Under the pieces are notes generated by a model. It worked only from the letters and a program-made list of their open reading frames with translations, ran no database searches and was not told where the DNA came from. From Octopus bimaculoides (taxonomy: Eukaryota), in NCBI RefSeq assembly GCF_001194135.2, contig NC_068984.1, positions 138,494,902-138,547,735 on the forward strand: a stretch of 52,834 bases of DNA. Direction: 5' to 3'. The position numbers and the translations under genes are program-made. Shown one piece after another: positions 33,143 through 45,984 of the stretch (its first letter is position 1; each line of letters begins with the position of its first letter).

Positions 33143-33420
33143 AATATTCTTTTCTACTCTAAGCACAAGGCCCGACATTTTTGAGGAGGGGGCCAGTCGA
33201 TTAGATCGACCCAGTACGCAACTGGTACTTAATTTATCGTCCCCAAAAGGATGAAGGGCAAAGTCGACCTCGGCAGAATTTGAACTCAGAACGTAAAGAC
33301 AGACGAAATACCGCTAAGCATTTCGTCCGACGAGCTAACGTTTCTTATTTCTTCACTGCCAACAAGGGGCTACACACAGAGGGGACAAACAAGGACAGAC
33401 AAACGGATTAAGTCGATTTA
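33143..33420 (-). mobile_element. SINE-2 (33143-33343) abutted by the Tx1-type tail of another SINE-2 (33344-33420)
   Basis: The second piece is the reverse complement of CGACTTAATCCGTTTGTCTGTCCTTGTTTGTCCCCTCTGTGTGTAGCCCCTTG. Confidence 0.85.
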
Positions 33421-33437
33421 CTATACTTACTATATGT

Positions 33438-33740
33438 GGAGGCGCAATGGCCCAGTGGTTAGGGCAGCGGACTCGCGGTCGGAGGATCGCGGTTTCGATT
33501 CCCAGACCGGGCGTTGTGAGTGTTTATTGAGCGAAAATAAACTGAGCACCACGAGGCTCCGGCAGGGGATGGTGGTGAACGCTGTTGTACTTTTCGCCCC
33601 AACTTTTTCTCATTCTTTCTTCCTGTTTCTTGAGTAAAGCTGTGATGGACTGGCGTCCCGTCCAGCTGGGGGGAACACATACGCCATAGAAACCGGGAAA
33701 CCGGGCCCATGAGCCTGGCTAGGCTTTGAAGGGGCGACAA
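33438..33740 (+). mobile_element. SINE-3 head with tail Y
   Basis: SINE-3 5' half, then GATGGACTGGCGTCCCGTCCAG...TACGCCATAGAAACCGGG...GCTAGGCTTTGAAGGGG. Confidence 0.85.
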
Positions 33741-33789
33741 AAAAATACTTACTATATATACAATATATTCTATATCCTACATTGATATT

Positions 33790-33990
33790 ATAAGAATATA
33801 AATAAAGCATAAAAAACAGACAGAGTTGGAATTCCTTTGAATAATATATATATATATATATATATATATCTTCGAAACGTCGAGTTAGAATAGAGGCAGC
33901 TGATGAATAATTCCAAGTGGCTTTCTGTTTTCCTATGTGTTCGTTCCGTTGTCTGTAGTTCATTGTTCTAACGTCCCGTACCCTGATATG
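33790..33990 (+). repeat. Dispersed repeat (sibling of 8100-8180) with hammerhead-like sub-motifs
   Basis: Shared 5' part; CGAAACGTC at 33873-81 and CTGATGA at 33900-06. Confidence 0.6.
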
Positions 33991-34569
33991 CATCTATATA
34001 CACATGTAGATGAAAGTATATACATATATGTGTGTATACATGCATATATATTTTTTGTATTATTACATCATTGAACGCACACGTCCATTTTGCAAGTATA
34101 TATATATATATATATATATATANNNNNNNNNNNNNNNNNNNNNNNNNNNNNNNNNNNNNNNNNNNNNNNNNNNNNNNNNNNNNNNNNNNNNNNNNNNNNN
34201 NNNNNNNNNNNNNNNNNNNNNNNNNNNNNNNNNNNNNNNNNNNNNNNNNNNNNNNNNNNNNNNNNNNNNNNNNNNNNNNNNNNNNNNNNNNNNNNNNNNN
34301 NNNNNNNNNNNNNNNNNNNNNNNNNNNNNNNNNNNNNNNNNNNNNNNNNNNNNNNNNNNNNNNNNNNNNNNNNNNNNNNNNNNNNNNNNNNNNNNNNNNN
34401 NNNNNNNNNNNNNNNNNNNNNNNNNNNNNNNNNNNNNNNNNNNNNNNNNNNNNNNNNNNNNNNNNNNNNNNNNNNNNNNNNNNNNNNNNNNNNNNNNNNN
34501 NNNNNNNNNNNNNNNNNNNNNNNNNNNNNNNNNNNNNNNNNNNNNNNNNNNNNACACACACACACACAC

Positions 34570-34800
34570 CCATGCGTGTGTTTGTGTTTGTCCCCCACCG
34601 CCGTTTGACGACCGGTGATGGTTTGTTACATTCCCGTAACTTATCGGTTCGGCAAGAAGAGACCGATAGAATAAGTACCAGGCTTTAAAAAAAAACGAAA
34701 TTAAGCCTTGGGGTCGATTTGTTTGACTAAAAATTCTTCAGTGATGTGCTCCAGCATGGTCACAGTCTAATGACAGAAACAAGTTAAAGAATAGAACAAT
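34570..34800 (+). mobile_element. SINE-1 3' module
   Basis: GAGACCGATAGAATAAGTACCAGGC...GGGGTCGATTTGTTTGACT...GCTCCAGCATGG. Confidence 0.85.
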
Positions 34801-35293
34801 ATTATGCAATCTCATTCAGTTCTGTTATAAATGGTCGGCGATTTTTTCATGTTTTAGAAATCGCTGTGTTGTTGTTGTTGTTGTTGTTGCTGTTGGTGGT
34901 GGTGTTGTTTGTTTTTAACAGAAAGTAATCAATGCTTAACCTCATTTTAATACTTGCATACCATGTGGCCACCCCTCTTTATCCTTGATACACCTCTGCA
35001 AGTTTCTCGATGCCCTCAAATCCTCGCTGTTCTTTGACACTACTTCCACCACCACCACCACCACCACCACCAGCTCAACCACATCTATGTTGACACAATA
35101 TTTTCTTCGACAGAACTACCTCTTTTCCAAACATACCTACCTCTTTCTTCACCCCCACTTTCCACCCCTTCCTTATCAATACCAACCCTACATTCCCTGG
35201 TAGTCACCACTCCTTTTTCATCACGTTGAATATAGCTACCCACATTTTTCATTTGTGCCGTCAAACTTTCTGGCATATATTTTTTAAATTTTC

Positions 35294-35348
<55 letters not shown>

Positions 35349-35699
35349 AATTTACTCAGTAAAAATATGCCTATATATTTGTACACATAAACATATATAT
35401 CTATTTTACTAGTGTGCATACGAATATTTATATAACAGCAGACATTGCATTCTGGTCAACCAGTTCGCTTCGCAACAAAGTGGTTTTGAGTTCAGTTCGA
35501 AAGCATAGCACCCTAGACAAATATCCTCTGCTACAACGTCACCATAACAAATTATTGTCCTTAATATGGTGACGTTGAAATGCACCAGATTAAACAACAA
35601 ATGCATTACTTTACATTCTGAGTTCAAATCCAGTTAAGGTCACTTGATCTCCCATTTACCCTCTAGTTTTGATAACATAAGTACCAATAAAATACTGCG

Positions 35700-36025
35700 G
35701 ATTCATTTGGAGACCGTTTGAATGCTGTGAAATCACTTTCCCCCTTTAAGTGGGCTGGCACGATGTTGAAGACAGCAGGGCCAGTTGAGATGAAATAGTT
35801 CTGTCATAGTGTTGTGATACGACACGAATGTGGTTTCTGTAGTGGACGGATGACACGGGGTCCAAGCCTCGGGTGAATTTTAAAGATGATACCTATGTCA
35901 TTTGGGCAATGTTCATGGAATATTTTCCACATTACACCGATGATATAGTACTCACGGTGACGTTGGGGGGAGTAAAGCCTGTGCTTTTTGAGTCGATCCC
36001 AATAGTCAAGGCTTGTCATGTCACC
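35700..36025 (-). mobile_element. CR1-like LINE fragment (same family as 4064-4480)
   Basis: LDYWDRLKKHRLYSPQRHREYY...IFKIHPRLGPRVIRPL...NYFISTGPAVFNIVP. Confidence 0.8.
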
Positions 36026-37074
36026 TATTTTTTTTTTTTTTTTTGTGTGTGATTGATCACTGGGAAGCTTCAATTTTCACTAGTATTTTTTTAATTGTTT
36101 CAGCGGTTAGATTCAGGCCATGTTGAGCCACTGCTTTCAGCAACTTTTAGTCGAACGTATGGTCCCAAGTACTTATCTTTTTAATTACAAGAAAATATTT
36201 CCCCTATTTTCGGTTTTTCCTTATTTAAGAGGCAAATTTGAATTTATTGACTATTTTATCTATTTATTTAATTATTTATTTATTCGTTATGCTGTTCAAT
36301 TAATCAACACCTACCTAAATTATCTAAATTATTTAAATTCGTGCCNNNNNNNNNNNNNNNNNNNNNNNNNNNNNNNNNNNNNNNNNNNNNNNNNNNNNNN
36401 NNNNNNNNNNNNNNNNNNNNNNNNNNNNNNNNNNNNNNNNNNNNNNNNNNNNNNNNNNNNNNNNNNNNNNNNNNNNNNNNNNNNNNNNNNNNNNNNNNNN
36501 NNNNNNNNNNNNNNNNNNNNNNNNNNNNNNNNNNNNNNNNNNNNNNNNNNNNNNNNNNNNNNNNNNNNNNNNNNNNNNNNNNNNNNNNNNNNNNNNNNNN
36601 NNNNNNNNNNNNNNNNNNNNNNNNNNNNNNNNNNNNNNNNNNNNNNNNNNNNNNNNNNNNNNNNNNNNNNNNNNNNNNNNNNNNNNNNNNNNNNNNNNNN
36701 NNNNNNNNNNNNNNNNNNNNNNNNNNNNNNNNNNNNNNNNNNNNNNNNNNNNNNNNNNNNNNNNNNNNNNNNNNNNNNNNNNNNNNNNNNNNNNNNNNNN
36801 NNNNNNNNNNNNNNNNNNNNNNNNNNNNNNNNNNNNNNNNNNNNNNNNNNNNNNNNNNNNNNNNNNNNNNNNNNNNNNNNNNNNNNNNNNNNNNNNNNNN
36901 NNNNNNNNNNNNNNNNNNNNNNNNNNNNNNNNNNNNNNNNNNNNNNNNNNNNNNNNNNNNNNNNNNNNNNNNNNNNNNNNNNNNNNNNNNNNNNNNNNNN
37001 NNNNNNNNNNNNNNNNNNNNNNNNNNNNNNNNNNNNNNNNNNNNNNNNNNNNNNNNNNNNNNNNNNNNNNNNNN

Positions 37075-37205
37075 TAGCGGTTCGACAGAAGGAACTGATA
37101 GAATAAGTACTAGGTTTGCAAAGAATAAGTCAAGGGGTCGATTTCTTCGACTAAAAAGTGCTGCTCCAGCATGGTCCCAGTCAAATGACTGAAACAAGTA
37201 AAAAT
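37075..37205 (+). mobile_element. SINE-1 3' module, cut by a gap
   Basis: GATAGAATAAGTACTAGG...GCTCCAGCATGGTCCCAGTCAAATGACTGAAACAAGTAAAA. Confidence 0.9.
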
Positions 37206-37280
37206 ATATATATATATATATATAAAGAGAGAGAAATACACACATATATATGTATACACACACACACACACTCACACACG

Positions 37281-37329
<49 letters not shown>

Positions 37330-37761
37330 TCGCGTATACATATTAAAAAAATGCACGCACACACCACACAACATATATTAGTGAGGGAGAGGGAGAGAGA
37401 GAGAGAGAGGGAGGCGGTGAGAGAGGAAGCGAAAATGTGTCGACTATACATGTTTTAACTATTATAGCCTTAGAACATTACGTCAGACAGAAAGTTATGC
37501 AGTAATGGCACTTGACTGTAGAAGAAGAGTTGAACTTTTAAGGGCGGTAAAGAACTGTGACAATCTCCGTCATGTATCTTTTTGTGAGAAGTACACTAAT
37601 AACGGCGATTATGTACATTTTAGAACAAAAAAAGAACAAAAAAAATTCTTGTTCTTTCTTTCGTTTTAGAAAATCTTTTTCATTCACTGTTAAACAGGAA
37701 TCATATATTTGAAATAAATTTAAAAGTGCGCATGAACGAACTAAGATACAATAGAATATAT

Positions 37762-38150
37762 ACTACTTTTTACTCTTTTACTTGTTTCAGTCTTTTTGAC
37801 TGTGGCCATGCTGGAGCACTGCTTTTAGTCGAGCAAATCGACCCCGGGACTTATTCTTTGGAAGCCTAGTACTTATTTTTATCGGTCTCTTTTGTCGAAC
37901 CGCTAAGTTATGGGGGCGTAAACACACCAGCATCAATTGTCAAGTGATGTTGGGGGGACAAATACAGACACACAAACACATACCCACATACATATATATA
38001 TATGTATATATACATATATACGACGGACTTCTTTCAGTTTCCGTCGGCCTGAGGTTATAGTAGAAGACACTTGCCCAAGGTGCCACGCAGTGGGACTGAA
38101 CCCAGAACCATGTGGTTGGTAAGCAAGCTGCATACCACACAGCCACTCCT
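37762..38150 (-). mobile_element. SINE-1, complete except for a short CORE deletion
   Basis: Colinear with 8416-8853. Confidence 0.9.
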
Positions 38151-38614
38151 ACAATAGAAAATTTCTTTTTACTCTTTTATATATTCCAGCCGTTTGATTT
38201 CGCCTGTGCTGGGGCTCTGCTTTGATTACCCTCGTATTTATTTTAAACCAGGTAATTATTCTATCATATTATTTTAACCACAATGTTACAACTAGGAGGT
38301 AAAGAAACCTTCACCGTTTGATAAGCAGTGAAGCACAAACAAACACACACACACACACACACGAAGCAAACAAATAAACAAACACATTCATACAAAGATA
38401 TAATCACAAAAGTCCAAGAGAAGTGAGAGATAAAATAAAATTTAGTCCTGCATGGTTACAGCTGTTTTGTAATCTACTTTCGGTTATATTATTAATGCTG
38501 ATTCGTATATACACTCATATACACATGATATACGTACATGCATACATATATACATGCGCACATACCATGAGCTACCCCTGATTCTACGAATCAATTCTTC
38601 AATTTTATATAGAT

Positions 38615-39063
38615 AGGTGCTGGCGTATTTGTGTGTGTTAAGAAGCTTGCTTCCCAACTACATGGTTCCGGGTTCAGTCCCACTACGTGGCACCTTGGGC
38701 AAGTGTCTTCTACTGTAGCCTCGGGCCGACCAAAGCCTTGTGAGTGGATTTGGTAGACGGAAATTGAAAGAAGCCTGTCATGTGTATATATANNNNNNNN
38801 NNNNNNNNNNNNNNNNNNNNNNNNNNNNNNNNNNNNNNNNNNNNNNNNNNNNNNNNNNNNNNNNNNNNNNNNNNNNNNNNNNNNNNNNNNNNNNNNNNNN
38901 NNNNNNNNNNNNNNNNNNNNNNNNNNNNNNNNNNNNNNNNNNNNNNNNNNNNNNNNNNNNNNNNNNNNNNNNNNNNNNNNNNNNNNNNNNNNNNNNNNNN
39001 NNNNNNNNNNNNNNNNNNNNNNNNNNNNNNNNNNNNNNNNNNNNNNNNNNNAAAGAATAAAAG

Positions 39064-39064
<1 letters not shown>
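38615..39064 (+). mobile_element. SINE-1 spanning a gap
   Basis: Head + CORE at 38615-38792, gap, then tail AAAGAATAAAAGAA. Confidence 0.8.
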
Positions 39065-39108
<44 letters not shown>

Positions 39109-39110
<2 letters not shown>

Positions 39111-39340
39111 CGGCGAGCGGCAGAAACGTTAGCACGCTGGGCGAAATGCTTAGCGCTATTTCGTCTGCCGTTACGTTCTGAGTTCAAATTCCGCCGAGGT
39201 CGATTTTGACTTTCATCCTTTGAGGGTCGATCAATTAAGTACCAGTTACGCACTGAGGTCGATGTAATCAACTTAATCCCTTTGTCTGTCCTTGTTTGTC
39301 CCCTCTGTGTTTAGCCCCCTTGTGGGCAATAAAGAAATAA
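39109..39340 (+). mobile_element. SINE-2 with Tx1-type tail, full length
   Basis: Ends TTTGTCTGTCCTTGTTTGTCCCCTCTGTGTTTAGCCCCCTTGTGGGCAATAAAGAAATAA. Confidence 0.92.
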
Positions 39341-39642
39341 CACACACACACACGCGCACATACACATATCCAAGTTCACTAGTATTGTCATACGAAAGGA
39401 AGGTTCTTACAACTGTACGTGGAAGGCATTAGAAATGTCCTGCAGTGTAAGATCAGTAATCGTATCATTTTACCGGGTGACTGTCGTTATCAAGCAAGAT
39501 CACATATATTAAAACAGCTGAGAGCATGAGCTACTCTTATCGTTGTTGGGCTCAAAGTGAACTCTGATTGGACTGATATCTTCATGAATAGGCTTAAGAT
39601 TTGAAACTTGAGACCTTCATTTTAGAAAGGAAATTTATGCAT

Positions 39643-39944
39643 AGGCGTAGGAGTGGCTGTGTGGGAAGTAGCTTGCTTCCCAACCACATGGTTCTGGGTT
39701 CAGTCCCATTGTGTGGCACCTTGTGCAAGTGTTTTCTGCTGTAGCCTCGCGCCGACCAAATCCTTGTGAGTGGATTTGGTAAACGGAAACTGAGAGAAAC
39801 CTGTTATATATATGTGTGTGTGTGTGTGTCTGTGTTTGTCTCCCCACCATCGCGTGGCAACCGATGTTGGTCTGTTTACGTCCCCTTAACTTAACGGCCC
39901 CAGCATGGTCGCAGTCCAGTGACTGAAGTAAAAGATAAAAGATA
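39643..39944 (+). mobile_element. SINE-1 with internally deleted 3' module
   Basis: AGGCGTAGGAGTGGCTGTGTGG head through CAGCATGGTCGCAGTC...AAAGATAAAAGATA tail. Confidence 0.85.
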
Positions 39945-40375
39945 TCTATTCAGAGATTTAGGATCGATTAGGATTTTTCCACAGTGTAGGGGACCACTGC
40001 CGAAATTTGCGAGATTTCACAGGATCATATTTATTTATTATCTTATTGAATTGCATGTGTTAAAACAAATATGCAGTATTTATTCATAGTTGAGCTGAAT
40101 GTGAACTCTGATCTTACAAATAACTTAATGAATAGGCTTAAAATCCTCATTAAAAATGGGAATATTGGACCAGTCTTCTAATTTAATTGTTGTCATGGAG
40201 ATAGTTCAATAGCAAATATTGTGTTTCTATTTTTGTGACGTCCATCAGCAATCCGTTCGGCCAAATCATTGGATTTACGTATGTCGTGGCCTGAACGTTG
40301 TATGCTAATAATTTACTGCTTGAGAACCTTAACTAATTCACAATATTGATGACTGTTACGTAAAACACGTTTAAG

Positions 40376-40835
40376 TCGAGGCGCTGGCAGAATCGTTTGC
40401 ATGCAAGACAAAATACTTAGCAACATTTTCCTGATGATTTAAGTTCTGAGTTCAAATATCGCCGAGGTTAACTTTGATTTTTGTCCTCTCAGGATCGATA
40501 AAATAAGAACCAGTTGAGCGCTGGGAACGGCGTGATTGACTGGTCTCCTTTTCCTCAAAAGGTTTCAAGCTTTGTATCAATAATAGAAAGATTTATTTGG
40601 AACAAGTTTAAGGTAGCGGACTAGCAGAATCGTTAATACGTTAGACAAAATGTTTGGCAGCATTTTCCCTAGCGTTTTATGCTCTGGGTTCAAATACCGC
40701 CGAGGTCAAATTTACCTTCTGTCCTTGCGTAGTCAAAATAAATGCCAGTTAATACCAGTTAAGTACGGTGGTGAATGTACTCGATTAAACTCCTCCCCAT
40801 AAAATTACTGGCCTTGTGCCAACATTCGAAACAAT
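40376..40835 (+). mobile_element. Two tandem diverged SINE-2 copies (40376-40595, 40612-40835)
   Basis: CTGGCAGAATCGTT...CTGAGTTCAAAT..CGCCGAGGT in both. Confidence 0.75.
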
Positions 40836-42305
40836 TATCTCATACAAGTTTCTCAAAGATACCATGTAGCGCAAAGGCTCTTGTGTTATTGTAGAAGACT
40901 AAGCAATGGTTATAGTATTTCACAAGATAATGTCCGTGTCGTTGTCTGCTATCATGCATTAAAAACACCCACTTTATGGGACGGGTATAAAGCAATTTCA
41001 TTACACTGCAAAAATTTCTTCAAGTTTCGAGTTCCAAAGTTTTAAGCAAGCTATTTGAGAAGTAGATTTAACATGTTGCTTGTGAGTCTAAGACAGATTA
41101 AGGTATTATATATACATGCCTAAGGGTACTTTCAACATCAGTGTGTCATTTATGGGGTGCATATAATGTTTCCTTCAGAAAATGTCGAAATTCTTAGACT
41201 TTTGTCATTAGAAAATTATTTAGGTGGATGGGTGTGCGGGTAGTAGAATCGATTGAATGTCAGACAAAATGCCATGCTTTTACTTACGCCCCTTCACGTT
41301 CTGAGTTCAAGTCACACAGAGTTCTACCTTATTTTTCATTTATTCTACAGGTTTTTTGAAATAAATAACAGTAATATGGTTCAAATTACATCGATGTGAC
41401 TAACACTGATTTCAACATATTCAAGGGATATATTTATTTGTGCATTTGTGGATGGCCGAAAAAAGCTGATATGCATCTGGCGTTCTCGCCAGTCACTGCT
41501 GGGACGCGTTTTCGTCTCTTCCTGGTATTTATGTATTTTTAACACAGCCTGTCCATAAGAGATGTTATCTCGGGACAAATACGGCAGTAACTATTGTATC
41601 GACAGTGTGTATAAGTATGCTATATAAATTGCTATATTAAATTAGCCTATGATATGGGATAAATATTTTCTCTAAACTGGTTACAAACTATACGACTTCA
41701 ACTATAACATTATGTGCTATAAGCAAGCGGGGATAGCAAACAGACAGTTCCAAATTAGAGAAATTACATATTTATGGTATTTCTGAGCGAGTACCTCACA
41801 CACACACGCACGCACACACACATATACACACAATATAGTATGTATGTATGTATGTATGTATGTATGTATCTACAGGACGGAATCCTTTCAGTAATTGTGT
41901 TTATTAGGTTGTCTCTGAAAATTAGGATTTCTAAATTCTCTTTCGTGCACAAGTTGCACAGTTTACGGTTTCTTTTGTAAGTTTTCGCTCCAGGTGGGAG
42001 TTTCCAGTGTAAGTTGTATGGTATGCATTTGTTTTTTTTAAATCATGGATGTAGTTAGCGTATCAAAAGAAACAAGCGCGTGCCTACACGCATTAATGGA
42101 AATACAACAAATATTACAGTAAACCTCTCGTTCCGATCTGATTGAAGTTTATTCCAGATGGGATGGGTGATTTTGAAGGTTAGTTTATATGAATGGATTC
42201 TGAAAGTGAGTAACTCATTCCCAGTTCAAACTTGAGAGCATTTATTTATAGAATCATTTTTTTGCCGGGTTAAAAAAGAATAAGCTGACTCTGATGAATT
42301 GGTAA

Positions 42306-42729
42306 GTATGAATCCACTGGGGTGGATATAATCGACTGGCCCCTTCCCCCAAAAATTTCGGGCCTTGTGTCTAGAATAGAAAAGAATCGTAGAAAAGACA
42401 CCGGGCGGTCTGCCGTTACGTTCTGAGTTCAAATTCCGCCGAGGTCGACTTTGCTTTTCATCCTTTCTGGGTCGATGAAATAAGTACCAGTTGAGCACTA
42501 AGGTCAATGTAATCGACTTACCCTCTTGCCTAAGGTTTCTGATCTTGTGCCAAAATTTGAAGCCAATATTTAAAGCAACATCGCGTATAGGTCCCTGTGC
42601 GACATTTTGAGACATTTTATTTTTGGAAAAAAAAAAGGTGTATCTTATATACCTTTAAATATAGTAATTTGGAATGTTCTCGAGAAGCTGTACATCTCTA
42701 CATGGTGGATGTACAATACAGAAAGAATA
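42306..42729 (+). mobile_element. SINE-2 3' half (42306-42388), then 5'-truncated SINE-2 plus flank (42416-42729) duplicated at 43756-44075
   Basis: Direct comparison: a few substitutions and one short indel over about 315 bp. Confidence 0.9.
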
Positions 42730-43074
42730 TCAATTTTATCTAAGGGAGTTTTTGTCTCATTGGGTGTGCAATGTCATGCACATTTGAAGGAAACTTAGCC
42801 TGGTAGATCATCATTGTAGACATTGTTAAGCTGTTTATTACGGCTTTTGGTGACGCCGCACCACAAAAAATATTCAACATACATTGAATGTTCCATAAGT
42901 GAGTTAATGCCTTTGTTTCTTGTGAACAAGATATCAGATTTCAGGTTGCTATAATGATTATTATGAATTACCTTATACACAAGTGTCATCATCATCATTC
43001 TCTGGACATTACTGTCCCGCGTCCTCGGATTCATAGGGCAGGTTACCCGCTTTCCATGACATACAAGTGATAAC

Positions 43075-43275
43075 ATAATCATAATATTTCTCCCGAGATA
43101 GGATGCCAATCTGTCATAGGATTGCTAATCTACAGCTGAGTGGACTGGAGCAGCGTCAAAAAAAAAAAAAAAACGTGTTGCTCAATAAAACAGCGTACCA
43201 CATGGTCCCGGAATTAAAACTACAGTCTTGCAATTGTGAGTGCAACACTCTAAACACTAGGCCACGTACCTTGAC
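43075..43275 (-). mobile_element. Diverged SINE-4-like copy
   Basis: CAGCTGAGTGGACTGGAGCA...GTGTTGCTCAA...AACCC-like B-box region, CTAAACACTAGGCCAC. Confidence 0.55.
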
Positions 43276-43696
43276 ACTTACGTTATAAATAAAATCTAAG
43301 ACACTTTTGAAGCCTACGTGACATTTACCAATCTTATTTGAAATTTATTCTGTGCTGTTTCAATCCGAGGAATAATGAAAAGAAGCGGTACTTTTCATGA
43401 AATAGTTCGAACAAAATGTCATGGAGGGAGTTGAGCGTTGAAAGAGGGCGTTGAATTATCTTATTTAAATCTCTTAGATCAAGGCATGTTTGCAATGCAC
43501 TAGATAGTTTTTCATGCGAAACAATCAAATTGGCTGATCAAGTAAGAATATCAATTGTAAAGATAGCTTGCAAAGCCTTCAAAAGATTTACTGTATTTAA
43601 TGTTATAAAAGGTGTCCGGGTATATTAGACGCACACCATTTGCAGTAATGCATATCCAGGAAAAAGTGTTTTGTGCACTAACGCGTGTAATGTACA

Positions 43697-44075
43697 GCGT
43701 GAGCTGGCAGAAACGTTAGCACGCTGGGCAAAATGCTTAGCGGTATTTCATGTCTTTACGTTCTGAGTTCAAATTCCGCCGAGGTAGACTTTGCCTTTCA
43801 TCCTTTCTGGGTCGATGAAATAAGTACCAGTTGAACACTAAGGTCAATGTAATCGACTTACCCTCTTGCCTAAGGTTTCTGATCTTGTGCCAAAATTTGA
43901 AGCCAATATTTAAAGCAACATCGCGTATAGGTCCCTGTGCGACATTTTGAGACATTTTATTTTTGGAAAAAAAAAGGTGTATCTTATATACCTTTAAATA
44001 CAGTAATTTGGAATGTTCTCGAGAAGCTGGAACTTGTGGTTCTCTACATGGTGGATGTACAATACAGAAAGAATA
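43697..44075 (+). mobile_element. Full-length SINE-2 (43697-43912) plus flank duplicated at 42416-42729
   Basis: GAGCTGGCAGAAACGTTAGCACGCTGGGCAAAATGC head present only in this copy. Confidence 0.9.
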
Positions 44076-44127
44076 ACATCCGGTTCCATTTGGATTGCAC
44101 ATTCGCGTTCAAATAATTCTAGCTTAA

Positions 44128-44510
44128 ACGTTGGCACTCCGTCGCTTACGACGTCGAGGGTTCCAGTTGATCCGATCAACGGAACAGCCTGCTCGTGAAA
44201 TTAACGTGCATGTGACTGATCACTCCACAGACATGTGTACCCTTAACGTAGTTCTCGGGGATATTCAGCGTGACACAGTGTGACAAGGCTGACCCTTTGA
44301 ATTACAGGCACAACAGAAACAGGAAGTAAGAGTGAGAGAAAGTTGTGGTGAAAGAGTACAGTAGGGTTTGCCACCATCCCCTGCCGGAGCCTCGTGGAGC
44401 TCTAGGTATTTTCGCTCAATAAACACTCACAACGCCCGGTCTGGGAATCGAAACCGCGATCCTATGACAGCGAGTCCGCTGCTCTAACCACTTGGCCATT
44501 GCGCCTCCAC
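44128..44510 (-). mobile_element. SINE-3 with tail X, full length, 10-bp TSD
   Basis: TCTAGCTTAA at 44118-44127 and 44511-44520. Confidence 0.95.
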
Positions 44511-45984
44511 TCTAGCTTAATAAACATATTTTTAAACACAGAAAGTACAGACTGCCTACTAAGACACCAGTGGATAAGAAACACGTCAAGGTCACTAAGT
44601 TGATTATTTTTTTGTTTTTGTTTTTTACTCGCAGAATAATATATACACTAAACAATTTGATTCAACCCATTTATAAATATGATAAACGTCCAAAAATAAG
44701 TGAAGCATGTCTATCACTAAGATCAATAATATGAAAGCCAGTATCAAGTTATTGGTTGTAATATCTGTTTTAGTATGCTACATCGATCTGGTGATTCAAT
44801 TGCAACTAAGTGGACTGGATTTACAATGTGATCTATTGATAGTTGAGATTTTATACCAAGTTTGTGTATTACTGGTGTTCGGTTTTGACCTATATAAACA
44901 TTCATAAAATCACGGGTTATGATAAAGTGTATTTGGTTTAATACTAATGCTAGTAATGTTGAAATGATACGATATGGTGCAGCGTTTTGCACACAGACGA
45001 TACGGCACGGCTGACTGGACATTCAATCTGTTTTGGCGACAGTACTCTTTGGCGCTGTGGAGGCGCAATGGCCCAGTGGCGTTATCGAGCGCAAGTTGAT
45101 CACTTTCGCCTATAAGCTTTTCTTTGATTCAGGCCTTGTTATTATAAAAGTTTATTCTGTCTCGAATTGTTTTATCAACGTTATGATATTTGAGAACCAT
45201 TCATCAGAAGACATAGTTTTCTTACGACTGACGAAATGGTACATTTTTATTTAACGATCTGTATATCACACATGAAGCATATATACTGTCGAAAGCCTTC
45301 TAAACTGCAGTAATTATCTCGATAAAATATTTCTTATTGATGTATAGTGTTAAAAACACATAAATATATCAGCAGTTGGCCAATATCGCCCAACAGCGGT
45401 TGTAGCACTAAACCAGGATTTTTGCTTTTCTGGGCTGCATCAACAGCAAGCAACCACTCGGTTAAACACGAGTTTAAGTTTGGTACACATAGACTTAAAA
45501 AATCTGTCATCATCTTCAGGGAGTGTCATACGAGTGTTCACCTCGGGCATTTTCTATATCCGTTTGTGAAATACAGGAGATTCACTTTTATAGATTCTTT
45601 CTTCGGCCTTTCTGGAATTTCGGAACTTCGCTTTTTTAAAAATAATATTCGTAGCCACTTTTACATGGCATCCGGTCGAGAGGACTCTATTGCGATGATT
45701 TTTTTAAGCCCAAGAGGACATTTCTAGCTGGTTAACGATGCACCGCTGCATCCGATGTAACTGAGCAAGGGAGAACCCCTACCATCTCCTAGCGACGGAA
45801 CCAGTAGATCTAGCATTTACTCTGTTAAAATATTTTCCAGATATCTATCATAAAACCTGATTTCCATTACAAATGAGATTGTGAAATGTCTGTGAACTTC
45901 GCATTTCCCACAAGCACCTTGGGTAAGTCTACTGTAGGCTCTAAAACCTTGTGAACAGCATTTTGCAAGGCCTTGGTTTTCATC

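Noticed and set aside
33874-33906. GAAACGTC...CTGATGA as a circularly permuted (type II) hammerhead
   Set aside because: The intervening 18 nt do not form a stem I hairpin, and the flanks do not pair as stem II.
45150-45212. CTGATGA...CGAGAC on the minus strand
   Set aside because: No convincing stem II or stem I, and GAGA instead of GAAA.
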